The notes beneath the pieces are model-generated. The model was given only the letters and a program-made list of their open reading frames with translations. It had not been told where the DNA came from and ran no database searches. Below, in pieces: positions 1 through 64,000 of a stretch of DNA of 64,000 nucleotides. Source of the DNA: Eledone cirrhosa (taxonomy: Eukaryota); NCBI GenBank assembly GCA_964016885.1, contig OZ024741.1, forward strand, positions 222,952,001 to 223,016,000. The letters run 5' to 3'. Positions within the stretch are counted from its first letter, which is position 1, and each line of letters opens with the position of its first letter. Position numbers and translations under genes: made by a program.

Positions 1-1209
1 AAGTTCTAGTTTGTAGGAAAGAAAACAAGGCGGCGGTCCCTTCTGGGAAATGGTCGTGCTCGGTATGTAGGAAAGGCGTAGGTAGAAACTCCATCTTATG
101 TCCTAAATGCAAAGTATGGGTGCATAAAAGATGTAGTGGGATCACAGGTAAGCTAACTAAGAACATAGACTTTACATGTGGCCGATGTTCTGGTGCAATA
201 AGTAGCAGCAAGTGCCCAAAAAATACTAGCTCTTTCAATTGCGCAGAGGGTTCTATAGAAATAGTGGACAGCTTCCGTTACCTGGGCGATAAAATCAGCA
301 GTGGGGGAGGGTGCTCTGAAAGTACTGTAGCTAGAGTCAGAACTGGTTGGAAAAAGTTCAGAGAGCTTATACCACTATTAGCTGCTAAAGGGTTCTCCCT
401 AAAAATGAAAGGCAGGTTGTACGATGCCTGCATACGAACAGCAATGTTGCATGGCAGTGAGACCTGGGCATTGTGTGCAGAGGATATACGCAGACTAGAG
501 AGGAACGAAGCTTGCATGCTCCGCTGGATGTGTAACAGTAATATACGTGAACGGCAAAGCATAAACGAACTAAGGAAAAAATTAGAGATAAGGGGGATCA
601 GATGTTGTTTACTCGAGAGAAGGCTACGTTGGTATGGACACGTGATGCGCATGAAAGTCGATAGCTGTATAACAAAGTGCAGGGCAATAAAGATAGACGG
701 TAGCCACGGAATAGGCAGACCTAGAAAAACCTGTGATGAGCTGATAAACTCCGACCTCACACACTTACACCTCTCCAAGACAATGTCACTGGACCGAGAC
801 CTTTGGCGGTACTCAGTAACAGAGAAGACCCGCCTTGCCAGTAGGCATCTCTAACAAAATACACCCCGTCCCGCCACCACCCCCACCCCATCCACACCAC
901 CCGTTCTATGTAAAGTTATGTTGGTGCCGCGCCATCCAGGCCGAAACAAATGAGATCGTGTAGGTGTCACGACAAAAAAACACACAGTCCACGCTGTAAT
1001 GTGGCCGTGTAGGCAACACGGTAAAAACCTCCCAGACCCACACTGTAAATGTGGTTGGTGTTAGGAAGGGCATCCAACTGTAGAAAACCTGCCAGACAGT
1101 CCTATGCGAGCAAGACAATCACTCTTGCCTCAAGTGGGACTACCCCCGTCCAAACCCATGCAAGCGTGGAACACGGACGTTAAACGTTGATGATGATGAT
1201 GATGATGAT
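1..1209 (+). mobile_element. RTE-clade LINE, 3' portion (copy 1; continues upstream of window)
   Basis: ORF 120..854 carries the RT C-terminus (FRYLG, RLRWYGHV, GRPRKT), then 3' UTR and (GAT)n tail. Confidence 0.92.
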
Positions 1210-1597
1210 TCCTTTTATCTCTTCCTCTACCAAGCTACCGTTTAAATTCTCAAGATGTCGGTTCTCTGTTAGAGCCAGTTTTGCTAAAGCTCAGGCTCAG
1301 AGTTTAAAAGTTGTAGAATTGAATACAAGAGAATCGCTTTTTACCCATGGAGTTATATGTAGGCTATTCACGAGTGGAAACACCTAAAAATCTTTATATA
1401 CTATGCATGAATGGTAAATCGAAGGATCTGGTGTATCTGGAAGATTTTTTTTACCATTTATTTTTTTTGTTTTATCAGACTCACCATGGTCTTGCCTCAT
1501 ATTGTAAACCAGACAAACATCCAATATAATCATTTTCTCTTATACCTGTCTTCTCTTATTATCTGTTTACCTGGGCAAAGCTGGGAACGTCAGCTAG
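1207..1597 (+). mobile_element. Helitron 3' remnant (decayed PIF1-like helicase C-terminus and 3' end)
   Basis: The frameshifted translation LPFKFSRCRFSVRASFA-KAQAQSLKVV...LFTHG/LYVGYSRV..PKNLYIL...KSKDLVY resembles Helitron helicase motifs V-VI. It ends in a degenerate GC hairpin (cctgggcaaagctggg) followed by CTAG|T. Confidence 0.8.
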
Positions 1598-1840
1598 TAT
1601 ATAATATAAATGTGTATAGCAGTGGGTGCTGTAAAACAATAAAACTAGTGAATCCTTGGTAATCAGCAATGGTGTGACATATGTGCAGTTTATTGTTCAT
1701 TTGTTTTCGAAGTACACCCGGGATATGGAAAACAACCAACTCATGCCAACTTGGAAAAGTTGATATAAAAATGATGAGGATGAAATAAAAAACTAACACT
1801 AAACTATCTTTATTAAACTTTTTCTTTTTTACATATTCAG

Positions 1841-63791
<61,951 letters not shown>

Positions 63792-63925
63792 ATCATCTGC
63801 TACAAACACAAACACACACACACATACATATAGTCTCAATTTCTGCAGTCTATCCTTATTTTATTGAAAACTTCTACAGTTGGTCTGCTAAAACAAGCCT
63901 TTTACTGTTGTATATCATGAAACAT

Positions 63926-63938
63926 ATTAAACATTAAA
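63926..63938 (+). promoter_or_regulatory. Candidate polyadenylation signals (2x ATTAAA)
   Basis: Two ATTAAA hexamers about 135 nt after the stop, followed by a GT/T-rich tract from about 63968. Confidence 0.45.
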
Positions 63939-64000
63939 AAAATAATTGCAGATTCTTCTTCATTTAATTGTTTTGTGTTCTTTTTATTTTTGTTTTCTTT

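Noticed and set aside
278-778. Recurrent antisense ORFs over the RTE coding region (e.g. MERCKC..., MSCSHRTVW...)
   Set aside because: These are shadows of repeated LINE sequence with no recognisable domains; they recur only because the element does.

Overview
This is eukaryotic genomic DNA, most likely from an octopod cephalopod; that is inferred from the AT-rich introns, the microsatellite load and SINE families resembling octopus SINEs. The window is spanned by one + strand gene, coatomer subunit beta (COPB1). I traced 22 GT-AG coding exons from 1841 to the stop at 63791, with consistent phases and 2783 coding nt; the first coding exon (about 30 codons) lies upstream of the window. The introns hold about 10 young copies of one RTE-clade LINE (APE endonuclease + RT, (GAT)n tail), older RTE relics, CORE-type and Meta-like tRNA-derived SINEs, TTAA- and TA-flanked MITEs, a Helitron 3' remnant and two large minisatellites (9.3 kb of a 21-mer, 3.1 kb of a 28-mer). 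The main observations are: (1) three RTE copies nested inside one another, with both insertion points about 23 nt apart in the endonuclease region; (2) a C4HC3 PHD finger inserted inside the RT domain; (3) neighbouring RTE copies sharing private mutations and forming long inverted repeats around COPB1 exons; (4) a SINE carrying the LINE's 3' stem-loop and tail. The 3164-aa ORF is a minisatellite artefact. All identifications were made by eye; no searches were run.
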